DNA of 64,000 nt from Tubulanus polymorphus. Taxonomy: Eukaryota > Animalia > Nemertea. The notes under the pieces were generated by a model. That model saw only the letters and a list, made by a program, of their open reading frames with translations. It was not told the origin of the DNA and did not search any database. The position numbers and the translations under genes were made by a program. This document shows positions 1-15,065 of the stretch, piece after piece; the stretch's first letter is position 1, and each line of letters starts with the position of its first letter. The stretch spans positions 11,000,850-11,064,849 of the forward strand of contig NC_134029.1 of the NCBI RefSeq assembly GCF_964204645.1. The letters run 5' to 3'.

Positions 1-723
1 AGATATGTCCAATCCGACAGTTGATGAACAGGCTCTATCTATATTTGCAATTATATCCATGAAACGACTGACGACATTTTATGGAACTAAGTTGAATAAG
101 GATAAGGTCCGTAAAATGGCAATGTGGTTTCTTTGATATGACCGGAACCGAATCTGTCCGCAGGATGACTGGCACATGTCAAGTATTGAGGTATATGACT
201 AAATCGTTTCTGTCAAGCGAGTGAGTAACGATGCAAACATGGCCCGAATCCGAGGACCTATGGCTGCCAATGTTCTGTACGCATCAAATGCAAAGGTTGG
301 CTTATGCAGATCATTTATAGTCTCCTCTGATCCAATGCTGCAAATCTGAAAGTTCTTCAAACTATTTACTCTCAAATTCATCAAACTAATTTACACATAT
401 TTTCAATCATGGATAGGTACATATTTGAATCAGTATGAGAATTTTGATTTACATAGATTAACCAACTTGTAAATTTTGTCAGAAAACACATTTTCACTAA
501 GAACCTGAAATATAACAAGAAACAAAATTCTTAATATGGACTTTCCTACATTTACATGATATTGTATGTTTAATCCAGCACTTATCAAGATCGAGCACTT
601 ATCAAGATAGGGGGGTCCAGGTCCCTCCCCCCATGGAAAAATGTTCTACTTGTATTTGCTCAAATGTGTTTTCCCAGCATTTGGGATGATAATCAACTAG
701 TTTAATTAAGTGGCTGATTGCTG

Positions 724-806
724 CAGTCCACTTGGGACTTTAGTCTCAGCGGGCTATTGCGTTCACTTTTCGTCTGTCCGTTCGTCCGTTTGAATCCAGT
801 TATTTT
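724..806 (+). repeat. Truncated 5' end of the Helentron-like non-autonomous element (HINE) family seen at 32551, 38026 and 63090
   Basis: cagtccacttgggactttagtctcagcgggctattgcgttcacttttcgtc...gaatccagttatttt closely matches 63091-63176. Confidence 0.75.
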
Positions 807-1100
807 CGAATCTGAGTGAAGATACATTTTTTGTTAAAAATTAAGTAGATAAACAATAATCCCGACGATAACAAGAGCGTTTTCTGTGAAACAAAAGAAA
901 ACCCTAATACTTTTATATAATAGCGCTGCACGGGAGATTTAGAATTTGCAGTACGTTCATACAACAAGGAATATATGTGATCAATAATAACATTTTGTTA
1001 TTGTTTCAATCTATGCACTAAGAGGGAATTTCCGCTATAAAAATATCTAAAACATGCAGCTAGGGATTCAAACCTGACTGGTATCACTTTATGTATCTAA

Positions 1101-1605
1101 AGGCCGGTTTATGTCGACAAGCAAGGCAACGCCTACTGGAGCAACTGGGTTTATCGCCGATTAGCTGCAACTAGCGGCCTACAAGAGGCCACCAGTTGCT
1201 GCTCTATCGGTTCGATATAAGCCAGCTTGTGACGGCAACCTGACGCCTATCGACTTGTCGCAAGCCGTATCCGGCTAGTTGCCCATGTTCTACTCCGGCC
1301 TTGGAAATTGGTTGAACTATGGTGTGAGCGGCCATCTTTATATGATGTCGCTAGCATATTGTATTAAGAAAATAATCAGAAAAATAATGATCTTGAAGAA
1401 ATAGCTTTTTTAATAGAAATGTATTTCCCAATCATTCAAAATAATTCAAATTTATCCTCAAAATGCTTATCACGTGACCATCTGAGCCATTGCAGTAGCC
1501 AGTTATCGTAACCGACATAAGCAGGGAAGCAACTGGGAGGATCTCATATCCCGCTAGTCGGCCTCAGTTGCTGCGAATCTGAGCGCAGTCGACATAAGCC
1601 AGCCT
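1101..1605. mobile_element. PIF/Harbinger-like MITE
   Basis: TIR aggccggtttatgtcgac (1101) versus gtcgacataagccagcct (ends 1605); TAA on both flanks (1098-1100, 1606-1608). Confidence 0.75.
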
Positions 1606-3327
1606 TAAGCTTTGGATATTGTCAGAGCCATCCTTTCATTGACTCCAGACATAAACAACAAATGATAGACCGCGCATGGCAGCAGTCTTATTTTGTCATT
1701 AGTCAATGCTGGAAAATGGGCCTCAGATGCGCCAAAAATCCCTCGAAATTTCAAGAGCTTCCAGATGCACCATATGATCTGACCCAGTATCAAAATGATT
1801 GATCAATGTTAGTAGATTCTAAAGCAATTCTATATTGTATAGTAATATCTGGGATACCCTGTATGATGTTTGAAATATGGTATCCAAAAATCAAATTACT
1901 TGCGAAGACGAAGAACCACAATGGCAACTGTTTTGTTTATACAGTTTTATGACTATAGGTATCCTGTTACTGTAACTGCGCCATATATGATGCAATGTTC
2001 CACTGGAAACCCTGAAAATTTGAAGAATTATGTATGAAGGAGAGCTTAGAGATCAACTGGTGCTCTTATAGTTTTTGTTTTTAACCAAAGATAATGTTAC
2101 ACAAATACATCATAATCATTCTTGAGGAATTTTAGCCGTCATGAGTTATGGATTACTGAAATATAAACGATTAAAAAGAGCAAATTTGAATGAATTTCTA
2201 CATCGTGTAGTTCATCTGATACCCATGTAGATGGCACCGATGATGACACAATAGGGACAACAGAATAAATTCGCATCAGTGTAAACTCCAAAGCATAAAG
2301 ATATTTATGGTACCCGAAGTTTTAGTAATCCCTGTTTATCTTATATGACCTGCTTTTTGTGTCCAGTACATACATCAGTTTACTCGAATAATGGTCCTTA
2401 GATTTACAATATAAACACAACTTTGCCTCTCCGCGTTTGAAACTCAACGATTCCCGCATCTCTTCTGTTGTCATGGGCTTGCATGCTTGCAAGCCCATAT
2501 TGCTATCACGCGGATTGATAACTTGCTTGGGGAGTCGATAACTTTCATTAGAAACTTTCTTGGGTTCTGATATTTACACACATTTAATGCAGTAATAAAA
2601 TCTAGGTTCCTTTCGTATATTGGCTATATCGGTTGTCGTTTTCATTGTTTTATGATTTTGTTTAATCGTTTTTGTTTATTTCAGCAGTGCATACCAACCT
2701 TGGTTGAGCGTGCGTAATCAGTCTTGAAATTGGTATTCACGCGCGGCATAGTGTTGCCGACAATTCAATTCATTCTTTATTGACACAATAAAACATTTAC
2801 TTTCACGTTTTTAAAAAATTCTTTCAATTTTCTTTTACTTTCATTGGGGGCATGCGTTAGCGGCCATTTGAAAAATCTCTGTATGAACATTTATATTTTT
2901 CAGTTTAAATATCTAAAACTTAAAACCCGCTTTTCTGTAAAATAAATTCTGAATTGAATTGAAGACTGGTTCCCTGTCTCTTCAAAGAGCCAGGGGGCGG
3001 TAGTCTATGGTGGCAATAAACTTTAGGAGTAAACTTTATCGGATAATCGTAGTGGATTGTCGTTTGAAGGAGATGCAACTTATTCTTGCTTAATGTCTTT
3101 ATTATTTTAAAAAGAAAAATCGTGGCTCCTATCTATTTTCGTGTGCGGCAGACAACACCGTGTAAGACAACACCGATCTCTTGGCTCTTTAACAAGTAAT
3201 CAGTTCAAAGTTCGATTAATTCTACTACAGAAATACAAAACCACCAAGCAAGCTTTCAGTACAACCTTGTCAGCAAGCCCATTTTTAGAATTTCTTTCTT
3301 GTTGATGATTAGAACCAGTCGATGGTT

Positions 3328-4283
3328 CTACATTAGACGCATGTGATAACAATCCAGCCACGGTGGCTGTAACGAATCGGAATCCAAATCTGTCGCTTCC
3401 AGAACATTAACCTCAACTTTCATGTAAGATCTCAGTTCATCTAATGTCAACGCTTTATTTCCATAATGACGAACTAAATTCCCGCGCATTATGGCCGGAA
3501 ATTTATTCAACACAACAGATGTTAGCATATCTCCAAAAGAATCAGTATCACGACCTGCTGCGACCAATGAACGAATATGCGACTCCAAATTGTCACTGGA
3601 AGTCTCCAAGACTGCTTGACGAATATCTTGGTATCGGTAATCCAACAATAGCTTGCATGTGAGCATCTACAATTTTGTGCGGTTGCGCGAAACGAGATAT
3701 TAGAACACCTTACGCGCTGTAATAATTCGCCTCATTCAATGCTAGTCCACTAATACTGAGACTTGCCTTCCCTTCCAGTAACGAACGCAAGTACTGAAAC
3801 TTTTGGATGACTGGAAGTGTGTATACGTCGTGAACCGCTGCTCGATACGAATCCCAGAAGTACTGCCAATTCTTAATTTCGCCGTCGAATTTTCGTGACG
3901 ACAGTTTCGGTAAAATTGACTTCGGGCGAGCTGAACCAGCAGAATCTGTCGGTTGAGGAGTGCGTCTGCTTCTCTTGAGTGTACTGCATGTAAAACAACT
4001 TTCTGTCTCTGAAGTACTGTAATTTGGTCTCAAATTTCTGAAACTTGGAGCTGTATTCATCATCAGCCTCGATCGACTCCAGTATATCATCACTTTCATC
4101 AGATACAACCGTAATTTTCTCTTTTATCTGCTTAATGAGTCGTTCTAATTTCTCCAAGGCAGAAATCTGCGTAGTTTGACTATTAACAATCGCGTCAGCA
4201 GAGTCACACAGTTGTTTTAAATAAGATAAGTTGCCAGCACTCTTTCGGCTGCTAAGTTTTCCATCATCTGCTTTCGGTTGCAT
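3328..4283 (-). pseudogene. BEL/Pao LTR retrotransposon gag (DUF1759-like), broken by frameshifts and stops
   Basis: Three successive minus-strand ORFs; LPKLSSRKFDGEIKNWQYFWDSYRAAVHD...QKFQYLRSLLEGKA is the typical BEL/Pao gag motif, preceded by a coiled-coil N-terminus. Confidence 0.85.
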
Positions 4284-4300
4284 ATCTTCGTATTCCAGCT

Positions 4301-4318
4301 ATCTGGCTCGAGGGACCA
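4301..4318 (-). promoter_or_regulatory. Primer-binding site (tRNA-Tyr type) of the BEL/Pao element; the 5' LTR remnant lies immediately to its right
   Basis: Minus strand reads ...ACA t TGGTCCCTCGAGCCAGAT, close to the BEL/Pao PBS TGGTCCTTCGAGCCGGAT, just upstream of the gag ATG. Confidence 0.75.
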
Positions 4319-6919
4319 ATGTCTGCTAATCGGACGGGAAAACAGTTAAGAGGATTGTACACTTACATATACTAAACTAAACTGACTTTATATTCAATAC
4401 CATTCGTCACTACATAATACAAACACTCCTACCCAGGTGTGAAGGCTAACATAACACAGACCACCGGTCTCATAAAACCGGACACAGTACATGTCTCTTA
4501 GAGGCATATCTCAGTGGGATGAATACCTTCTGTGATAAATGCAACAAAGAGCTTTCATAAGAAATTGTGTATAGTATTTGACTGTATCATAGATTCATCT
4601 TGGTTGTCTCTTGACGAATGAGATTTTAAACCCTTTAATGAAATTGCAGTGAAGTTCCCTTAAGCATGTTTAAGGCTTGATTTTTGTCTGATCATTTTGT
4701 GATTTTGTATATTTTAGGTATATGCAGAAGAACATGTCTACATTATTCAATCTTTCTGATTATTCAGTTGCTCCGCCGGAGTATCATCGAAAAGCTATCT
4801 GATCAGCACATGCGTTAAGGATATGCAATGAGAGAACTAATTAAAACAAACTGTGTAATACATGTAAAACCAGAATATGTAGTTACTGCGATGTCAGTTC
4901 GAAGACCACTACTTAAAAATTTCTTGTTATATGTAATTATGTGATCATGAAAATCATCAACAAAATGTTGAAATGTCTCATCTGTATGCAGTTTGTTGTC
5001 AGATACATAATGATGAATATTTTGAAACGCTCCGTCATTTTTCAAAAACAATTGCTGTCTTTTCGATTAAGTATTTAATTACATTTCATTTTATGCAAAT
5101 TAACATCAGACGAAATCTTCTAAAATTAATTATTGCCTGTGTTTCCGTATGTAATAAATACCGGTATGCGGATCATGTAAACCGATGCTTACACTGGTAT
5201 TTATTGATAATTTGTTTATGTACATAATCATTTTTCAACTAAAAGTGTCATTTTTCTGTAGATAGGGAGGTACTTAATGATTAAAGTTGCTCCTGTATTT
5301 GGTGTGGTAGTATGTATGTAGTGAGGCCAAGCAAAAGGTACCCTTGTTTCTCATCAGCCCTTTTTGGAAAAGTGATGAGGGAGGCACGTTCTTCCTTTTT
5401 AAAGAAAAAGAAATAAAAAGCCTTTTTCCAGATTCTTTAAGTGACGAGGGTGACTATTTTTATGCCCTAATAAGACCTTGTGGGGCATGCTGTATTCACT
5501 TGGTCTTCCGTCTGTCTGTCGGCAGTGGTTTCCGTGCCCTAGCACCTAAACCCTTTGACAGATTTTCCTGTCAATGACCTTGAATTTGGAAAGCACTTCA
5601 TTACTGAAATGCTTACCTTCTACATAACGCTAGGGCAGTCATCTTGAATTTTTAATAGCGCAATACAGCCTATAATTCTTGATGGATTTCCACAGAACTT
5701 AGTTTAAGAATAGGGGCAGGTAAGCTGTTCACTCCTAATGAATATGGATGTCATCAGCAAGCAAACAGGGCCACCAGGGTGGCCATCTTGAATTTATCAT
5801 TAGCATGATACAGCCATCAATTCAAAATGAGCTGTAAGTCACACACAGTAAATTCTGACAAATTCATAAAGCTTTTTGTATCAAGTTCTGAAGTGAAATG
5901 GCCCAGTCATATTGGGGATGAAAACTTGTGATCTTTTTAATATGTAAGGACCAAAGGACGGTCATCATGTAGACACTAGACACATAAATCTGAAACTAAA
6001 TAGTCACCGGTTTATTATTTGTACCTATTGTTTTTGTGTGGAAAATGCTTTTGCGGTGTAAGGTGAGTTGGTGAACGTTGGTAAATCCTGGACATAATAT
6101 GCATCCAATGTCTAGTGAGTGTGGAGCAGGATGTCTCGAGAAGGGTGCATCCCACAACAGATTGATCCCTACATAAACATAGGCCTTCAGTAAGAGTGTT
6201 ATCAGTAGGCAATTAGGGAACGCTATCTTATTGAATAAATCCATGCCCAAGTGTTCTTCAATTGACCTTGCATTCCTTATGATTCGTATGTATGTCTGAT
6301 GTTTACTCTGCATTACGCAATATGTATGTAGTAATATTTTCATTCGACAAATTTGATTTCTATCACAGTTTATTCATGAATTTGCTTTGGATATGTAGGC
6401 ATACAGATGACAGTTGTAAATGTAATCTGACCTTCTGAAAGATGAAACTAGATCTCCAATTCTTGCACTTGTTCCAGAACTTTTATAATTATAGACTTAT
6501 TAAGAATTTTTATTAAATAAAGCGTAGATGCGTTCAAGAAATTCTTGTATTTTTTATGACATTGAGGTTTATATGGCAGGTGTCTTATGTCACTTAGCCT
6601 AACTCAGAAAAACCTGGACCGACAAAATCAGTTTGCTTTTACCATACCCATGTACATCAAAAATCTGTTTTCTGTGTGTAGTATCTACACTTCTCACAAT
6701 TTGAACAAGATTGGCAGGAGAGGATCCGTCTGGGCGCATAAGGATCACATGCTACCATCACAATTTTCCGATGCCCCAGTAAACACAAATACTTTGTCAT
6801 ATAAAGATCTTATTTTCAGCATATATGTAACACTAAATGATGTATTTGTAAGACATCATATCTACGTCCAGAAATTTAAGATACGAAGAATCGATGTCAA
6901 GTAATTCACGCACCAAAAT

Positions 6920-9596
6920 GGGTCGATCCTAGTTCCAGGACGTGTTAACTAGCTTTCAATTTTCGGTTACGGATACACATTCTTAGCTTCATTTCAAGGT
7001 CGTTTACACTATCAAAAAATTCTCCAGAAAAAAAGAGTCCAGAAAATGGTGGAGTGCGCAGGCGTCACCACATGTCGGTTTTTTGACGCCTTATAAAACG
7101 TTACCATTATGAAACCTAAACAATGATAACCATTCAGCGTCATTTTACAAACGACAACCGTAAATCGATGTGCAAAACGTCACAGGTTTATGTGTACACA
7201 TACAAGCTATTTGGCAAAATATTATTGATAAAGATGTAGAATGGCTCCCTGGGATTATATAATGACCTCTATTTGAACGTCGAAATGTTATATCGCATTG
7301 AATATCGTGAGAAGACGTATTGCAATAGTAAAGGATGTATGATTATATCAGGAGCGGCAGGGATAAATAGAAATGATAAGTAAATCGGATTATTCGGTTA
7401 AATGGCGGATGTATACACGATTTGGAAGTCTGATATAAAAGTCAGACCCTGACATGGGGATGCTATCTACGATCTGAGTTAGGCCAGCGTGAATTTCATC
7501 GGCGGCTACAAGCGGTCGATATAAAAACGTGTAAACATATAATTTCAATATTCAAATGTTTTAGAAAATATGTTCGATATTAGACGTATGCAGGTTTCAT
7601 GAGATTAGCAATCTATAATAGCATAGCTGTCATATACGGCTCCGCGTCCACTGATGTGTATAAGGTGACAATTCAATTCAATACTTTATTGATCCTTATT
7701 ACATTGAAATTCCGGGATAAAATTCCAAAAATCAATAAATTTGCAAATTTTAAAATAAGAAAATACAAGACACACGGCTAATTCATACAGAATAACATGA
7801 ATAAGTTATTTAAATGACAATGTCTACTTCAACCCAGACTCAAGTCTAGGATATCAAGTGACAGTCAGACCGGGCCCCAGGACCGGGCTGGCTGGCTACA
7901 CGATATGCTCAAAGTCATGATGAAGCAGACATCGGTGAGCTCTTTCTTCAACCGTGGAGGCAATGAAGGTGCAGACCAGCTTAGAGGCAAAAGTCAATCG
8001 AAGTCACAAGTTTTTTTTTTAATTAGACCAGTCGAAGACTGTATCATCTACCCAATCGCCAAATCTCATAATCCCGAAATTTCTTAAAACTTCGATTTCA
8101 AATTTGCAATTCCTCATTAGCTTATACCAGAAATTCTACATTTTTTCACAGGCGTCAAATAATTTATTAAAGTTAATTTTCTTGTTCAAAACTGGGTCAT
8201 GTCAGTTCGCATAATGAATGTGTCTTTTGATGACTCCAATGTCTCAGTCTCTATTAGGTTCCAATCCCACAATAAAAACTGATCTCATTTCAATTCAATT
8301 CAGACTTTGATGACTCCGGCCAGTGAGTGTCGCCGCTGGTTTATCCATACGGCGCTATTAAGTTAAGTCCAGACAAGGTATATTTCTAAAAGGAAATATA
8401 CTGCGACAGGTGGTTTTGCAAAGTCATTAAAAATCAAGATCAAAAGCGTCTAAGGATACAATTATTCCGATTTTGGAGAGAGAAGTTCATAAAGAATGAA
8501 TAAATTAATGAAAATTAAAAAATCGGAAGTAATAAACGAACAGTTTAAAAGCAGAAGCACCCGTCGCGATAAAATGAAGATTTAAATATTACAGAATCAT
8601 TCTGAAAAACGAAATGAAAAGAAACAAATGCTACTGTTGATAGTATTCACGTACAAATTGTAGAATGAGAATAGAAAATTTAATTGAATACAAGTCACGA
8701 GAAGAGCAAAGAGATTTAGACAATCAATCCGGGGCTTGAAATAAAGAAACTGCTTGAAATGAATAAACTCGAATGCAAGATCTTTGCTTTCGAATAATTT
8801 GTTAATTACAAGGGTACAGGGTAGACCTAAGGTTCATATAAATATATATTTTTGAATTTTGAAATCAGGGGATCTAAAAATAGTATTCATCATTAGCGGG
8901 ACGTCGATTCAGCAATTAATTTTTCAGGGAAGAGCCGATCAGCCTTCCAGAAAGGGAATGCGCATCATCCGTGAGTGTCGCAAAAAAATTATCTCATTGC
9001 TAATTAAAGTTGAAAATAACATGTACGTTGTTTTCTGAATACTAAAAGATTCTTCATCTTATTTGTGTTCTGTCTACTTAATTGCGGAAATCCGATGTAT
9101 TCGAAGTACTGGGAACAATCAAGTATTGAATTAAGTAACAATTAAGTATATTTGATGAGTAAGTATATTTGAACTTGAATTTGAGCCCACTAGGTGGTGG
9201 TATTGGAAGACACCAGGTGGTTCGATCAACTTAATATGCTCCAGCGCCGTGGCGCTGTCGCAAAAAATACTGATCTCACCAAAGTTCATTATGAAATGAT
9301 GAACATTTGAATATGAACTTTGGTGATTGCAATGTCGGTGTTTCCATTTATTTGGACAATTCGTTTATTTGATTTAACGTATGATTCATAAATTATTTAA
9401 GCATCACATTCCCGCTGCAAAAGTTCATGCTGGGTCATTTCAACCATAGTCGTGTAAGGGAACACTTCTATGTTTCCACATACCGACATGACCCAGTCTT
9501 CAAAAACACGTCATAACGCCTGCGCAGTCTACTGATTTCTCGACTTAACCGAAAATTGAAAGGCAGTTTATGCTTCCTGGAACTAGGGTCGCCCTA
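6920..9596. mobile_element. Degenerate non-autonomous DNA transposon (~2.7 kb) with imperfect TIRs
   Basis: gggtcgatcctagttccaggacgtgttaactagctttcaattttcggtta (6920) is the near reverse complement of 9546-9596; inner match 7041-7066 versus 9515-9540. Confidence 0.6.
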
Positions 9597-12500
9597 AGTA
9601 ATAAGAAAATTAGTCTGAGACTGGACCCCTTCCGAATTAGGCGGTTACCGGTTTAAAGAAGTAAAAAGAGCCCCATGGGGCACTATGGCCAGCATGTCAG
9701 CATTTCATAAAATGGCAAATGATGCATTCTGTGGATTAAATTTGTCCAAATACACTCCCAGCTCATTGACTAGTCAATCCCAGGCTGATAATTTACACAA
9801 TTCAATCGTGTTTTCATAAGTAGCACAGATAGCGACTGGAGCTGGCTGGAACAAATACCTCAGATAAATCTTTTCCCTAATTAGCATATAAAGGTCATCC
9901 ATCCGATTTGAAAAAAGCTATTTTTTCCCGGAATTTGCACAATTGTCAATGAAATTTTCTGTAGTGCATATAAAAATATTCCTCCCAAAAACCAAATCTA
10001 CTAAAGATTTCACAGAAATCGATATTGAAATACAATTTGAGGTCTTAAAATAAAATCCGGAAATAAAACTGTAGACGATACCGCAGGTTCACGTGAACAC
10101 CTGCTGATCTCTGCGGCTAAGCCAATCACAGAGGAGTCTGCTTTCTGATAAGCTTTTTAAAACAGATATTTTTGCGATCAGATTTTCGCGAAAAAGCTCA
10201 TATAAATTTTAATGAGGCCCTTTTTCAAAATTCAGCTTCATAGGGGTTGGAGAATGGATAATGCTGTAATGAATGATTTGTATGAATATATGCTCAGTTG
10301 CACAGTCAAAGAGCCTTTACTCTAGAGAAACCATGTCATTTAAATTCGTTCCATTTGTATAGTAATATAGGCTCAGCATACGGCTGGCCTAAAAATCAAT
10401 GGATAGAAATAGAGAATTGCTGACCAGTCAAATGGCATTACTAATTTCTTGGTATTTCATACGATCATAACTTAGCGAATATCCGCGCTTGCCAGAGTTT
10501 GATTGCCTCCCGTCAACCCAAAAACTCTGGCTGCAGACCTACGAATGGTACACCGCCCAAGATTTAGATTTCTTGGGCGGATGAGTTCAGTAGTTCTATC
10601 AATACAACGCATCTGAGTCACCAGTCCGTTAATAGACTTCAATTTCTCAAATTCCACAACTCCTCTGCTTTGGTTCACTCAAGATGCACTTGCATTATGA
10701 AAACTACGGCTAATTCGCAGGTCATAAGTGTGTAATACAATGTAGTATTAACATATACATGTAGTTTCAACATAGCCCAATATCAATCACCAACAGAGAT
10801 AGATCAACAGTATATGATGACAGTATAAAACGGGTATGAAATAAATTTTACCGGCTAAGGCAGATTACCGAATAGAGCGATACTGGCCTAGGCAATATCT
10901 TGTACTGAAAAACAGTAGTCAAATGGAAATTTTGATTTCATTTTACTGAATTGAACGGATTACCAGATAGACTGGTGCCGGTTAGAGGGGTCTACTTTTG
11001 TAACGATGGCAAAAGCCTGTCGATAGCATGCATGAGAGTGCGTCATTTGGATGTCGAATGTCTAGCATTGTGAACACTAGGTCAGGATGGCTAATGTCTG
11101 TCGACTATATTGCCATTGAAATGCAGATCTGTCTGAGATGTTAAAATTTTATAATACATGAAATGTATTGTCAATGATATTTTTTAATTTAATTATGAAC
11201 AGGAACCGTATATACATGTGATAACTACGGTACCAAGGAGTTATAAAATATATACAGTTAAAGGAAGTGCGAAGCTAATTAGGCATTTTACCACCTGTCC
11301 TCCACCAATAAATACAAGAAACACATGAGGTATCTTTCATCATCCGCGAACAAAATAAATCTCAGTCTAAGTGAGAAAACTGAAGCTGTCTATGTTTGAA
11401 ATAACTTTGGGATCATTCAGAAAACTAAAGCTGTATATGTTTGAAATAACTAAGGGATCATTCATTAATTACATACACATAAAATTTAGAATATACGGTC
11501 AGCTCAGCGAGTTTGTTACGGTACCAGTAAGTCTGTATGATTTTGTGACAATTTTTCTGAATAAATAATTAGATAATGAATACGACACCTGACTGTCTTT
11601 GACACTGTAGTATGTTTTTATAATACATGTAATCTAGTTGTGCATTTGTTTTGTTAAAATAGGCGGTCTATGCCTGTGCCAGAAATCCTCCGCATATTGG
11701 TGATAACCTGGCGAACCTTGTTGCTTTTTCTGGCGATCAGTATTTTTAAGGATAGCGGTAGTCTGTCAACTGTCAGAAGGGGTGGATACAGACGGCAGAT
11801 TGACTGCTGCATAAAAGGAAAACCAAAAAATTTACATGATTTGTTAATATATTTATTTGACTAATATGCAACTACAAAAATATGTACGTGACTTCACATA
11901 ATCTAAACGGGATAGAACGATCAACAACCTCGTCATTAAAAGTAGAATGTGTATTCATATATTGATAAATATCAACAATTAGTAAACAATGATTATATAC
12001 ACACATCAAATTGTTTGATTCAGAGAAACCAAACAAAGCAAAATGTATTCATTTCTCCAATAGAGTAAAACAATGATTATGGAATAAATTTGCATTTAAA
12101 AATGCATGAAATTAAACAATGATTAAGATTTTTTATGAGTATGTACATTTCACCTGTACTTGGCACATGTATTTTTAAGACTTAAATTATTCAGTAAGCC
12201 ATCTTGAAATGTATCTATACAGTATTTTTAAGAATATTATATGTATATATATATTGCAATTTATAAAAAATAATTCTAGTCATGTTATCTTGATTAAAAT
12301 AATTTTTGTCTGTTATTTTTTTTGAATAAGTCTAATCCTAGGAATTGATCCAACATCTAAAATTCAATACGTTTTTGTTTAACACTATAGCACATTCATT
12401 CAAAATGAATACTTAAGGATAACTTACTTGAAATTTAGTTAAGCACTTAAAACTGGTATTTTTCTCAATAATTTCACACATTATAATTATTATTCATTAT

Positions 12501-13780
12501 AATAACACTGTGAAATCAGAATTATCGACACTCATCAAGAAGAGACACCTTTCAAAAAGATGGTCACTTCTATACATTCCCTAATTATGCCATAATACCC
12601 AGTGGTTTTGTTCTCACTGATAAGGAGGCACAACTGACCCTTACCATTGATGTGATATTTCTCTAAACCCGAAATTCTAAATGATGAATGTCATCAACTC
12701 ATTTCTGAATCAAAAGAGCACATATCCAGATAAACTAGGATTAAAAATATGTCTATGCAAAATGCTAAGTAATTGTTCCAATGCATTTTCCAGTTTGCCT
12801 ATGCCATTTGTTTCATTTTCTTGAAAAATACCAGTAATTAGTGGAAAAACTGTGTACAGTGTCATAATTTTCATAAGGGCCTATCAAATATCAACACAAC
12901 AACGCGAGGATAAAGAATCGAATAAGTGCCTTTTGCGTGTTAGTTTTTAGCAAATACAGGTTGAATATTGAATTCCAATTTAAACTATAATGTTGAAATA
13001 TATGGCACAGAATGAACAGCTGCCAGACTGTCCTGGTTTCCATAAATATAGTGTCGCATATCGATCACAATATATATATATATATATATATATATACAGT
13101 GGATATATATATATTAGTGTATATAATAGTAGTAATCATATTTGCTTTATTACTCCTGTTATCTGTAAATAAAACTGTTTCATCAGTGGTACATTTGAAG
13201 AGTATAAATATGAGTTTCAATTATGAAAATTTGGCCTTAAGGCCCAATATAGTGTATTTGTATAGATTGTATAATATAGTGATAAAAAGAAAACTAACAA
13301 AAAAAAATTTATTTTTTACATAGTGTCATCTTAAAATAACAAGAGCAAAAATTCATCGAGTTTGTTTCTAAACAAAGAGAATTTTTGACTGTATATTTTG
13401 AATACAAACACAATGCATATGCATATATATCCATATTTGGACATCTGAAATATCACAGTATATAAACAACAAACCAGTAAAGTAATTATCATTAAGTAAA
13501 AGCAGATTGAAAATTCACCTTCATGAAAATGCTAATACAGAACTGGTTTTTTATCAATGAGTTACTGAAACCACTGTATAGCAACTTGTTGTAGGCATAA
13601 AGCAACCCTCGATTCCAGTTTCAAACTGTGGAAACAGTATCCCATCTCATGCCACAAGGTTTGGAAGAATTTGGCTTAGATTCAGCATTTTTGAACAAAT
13701 AATTTATATAGAGGACGGAAAATATTATAGCATTTTATCACGACTCTACAAATAAACTGAAATTAACTTAACCTATATAT

Positions 13781-14778
13781 TTATGATACAGACAGCGCTT
13801 GGAGACCAGCACGACTTGGTGGTTTGGCACCGAGATCAATCAATGATTCAGAAATCGGTTTATACATCATATGACCTCTAGAATCATACGTATTTGTAAA
13901 TCTCCAGGTAGACTGTGGTTGTTCTAGTATCGCTGCTGGACACGGTTCCATCTTCTTTGGTGTGTATTCTATTCGATACATCGTATTATCATCGAAGTTT
14001 CCATCAGATTGGAACGCTTGGTTTTCCGGTTTGCAGCTATGCGATGGCATCAATTGATGTGGCACATAATGAGCTTTGTATGTTGGTGTACCCTCGAATG
14101 GACCACACGGAGGCTGATATTCATATCCACCAGTAGGGTGTGGTCGAGCTCCTAAGCTCCATTTTCGATAATCATTGGTGTAGTTGGTTGTACCATCAAA
14201 TTCTCCCGGGGCTTTCCTGCTTGATTTCGGACGGACTAACTCTCTTGGGCGAATTGCGTGGGGGCGATATGCGATGTTTGATGTTGTATTCATATCCATA
14301 TTGCCCGGTGGTTTCACGTATTGATCCGGCTGATGCACAAACGGACGATCCATTGGCCATTTCTTGAAATCGACTCTGTTTGTCGTGTCATCATTGAATG
14401 GTGCGCCAGAATCAAATGGCTGAATATCTGGTTTACATGAATCACGTAATGCTCCGTCTTTTGGTGTGTAATCGCGGGTGTGAGTTGTAAGACCATCGAA
14501 TGGTGATCTGTTAGGGTTGTACTTCTCCGGTTCATGGCGGTATCTGGCTTCAAACGCATGTGGAATGTAATTCTGCCTGTAATCTGTTAATGTGCTCAGT
14601 GGATCACCAGATTTGTATGACGTTTCATCCGGACGACAGCTCTGTCTTGGCAGTTCTTTGTAACCAATGAAATCACGTTTCATAGTACTCTGTCCCTTGA
14701 ATGGATCTCTAGGTGGTGTCCACCCTCGCTCTGCTTGACCTCGTTCTCTCATTGGTATTTCCCATTCACGATAATCAT
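13781..14778 (-). CDS. SAXO: Stabilizer of axonemal microtubules (SAXO/FAM154 family), exon 5 (last coding exon)
   Basis: Repeated Mn-like motifs (F.G.TT...DY/F) throughout; acceptor ttgtAG at 14779-14780; phase fits exon 4 (C|AT GAT TAT = HDY); the ORF-track start at 14836 is intronic. Confidence 0.92.
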
Positions 14779-14978
14779 CTACAATCAGGAAATCAAAACT
14801 AGCCATTGATTTTTCCATTCGAAAATAAAATGTCAACCCGAGTACTGATTGATAGTAAAATCAAGTTTAAAGTTCAAGAATCCGGCTCATCTGTTGTGAA
14901 TTAAACTTATTGTTCTTAGCAATAGTTCATCAATTTGAAGAATTTCTAAAAAAATCTTAAACTAATAATTTTCCTTAC

Positions 14979-15065
14979 GCTTATAAGTTGGTAATCCCTC
15001 AAATTTTCCGGCAACTTGCCTCTTGCGATCTTGTCGAATTGGTTTCGCTCGATCAGCATATTTTT
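14979..15065 (-). CDS. SAXO: SAXO exon 4 (87 bp)
   Basis: tttAG|...|GTaagg; translates (E)KYADRAKPIRQDRKRQVAGKFEGLPTYK(H), in phase with both neighbours. Confidence 0.88.

Noticed and set aside
1-500. Coding-like minus-strand stretch including the 61-aa ORF
   Set aside because: Interrupted by stops, no recognisable motif; possibly a decayed transposon gene but unsupported
4700-6560. Possible decayed exons on the minus strand (ORFs 4815-5051, 5996-6343)
   Set aside because: No family motif or consistent splice model could be established by eye
13070-13112. (TA)n tracts here and at 27955-27982, and overlapping ORFs
   Set aside because: Ordinary microsatellites
14779-14836. N-terminus MTFYFRMEKSMASFDFLIV of the 351-aa ORF
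   Set aside because: Intronic; a splice acceptor at 14779-14780 joins exon 4 in frame
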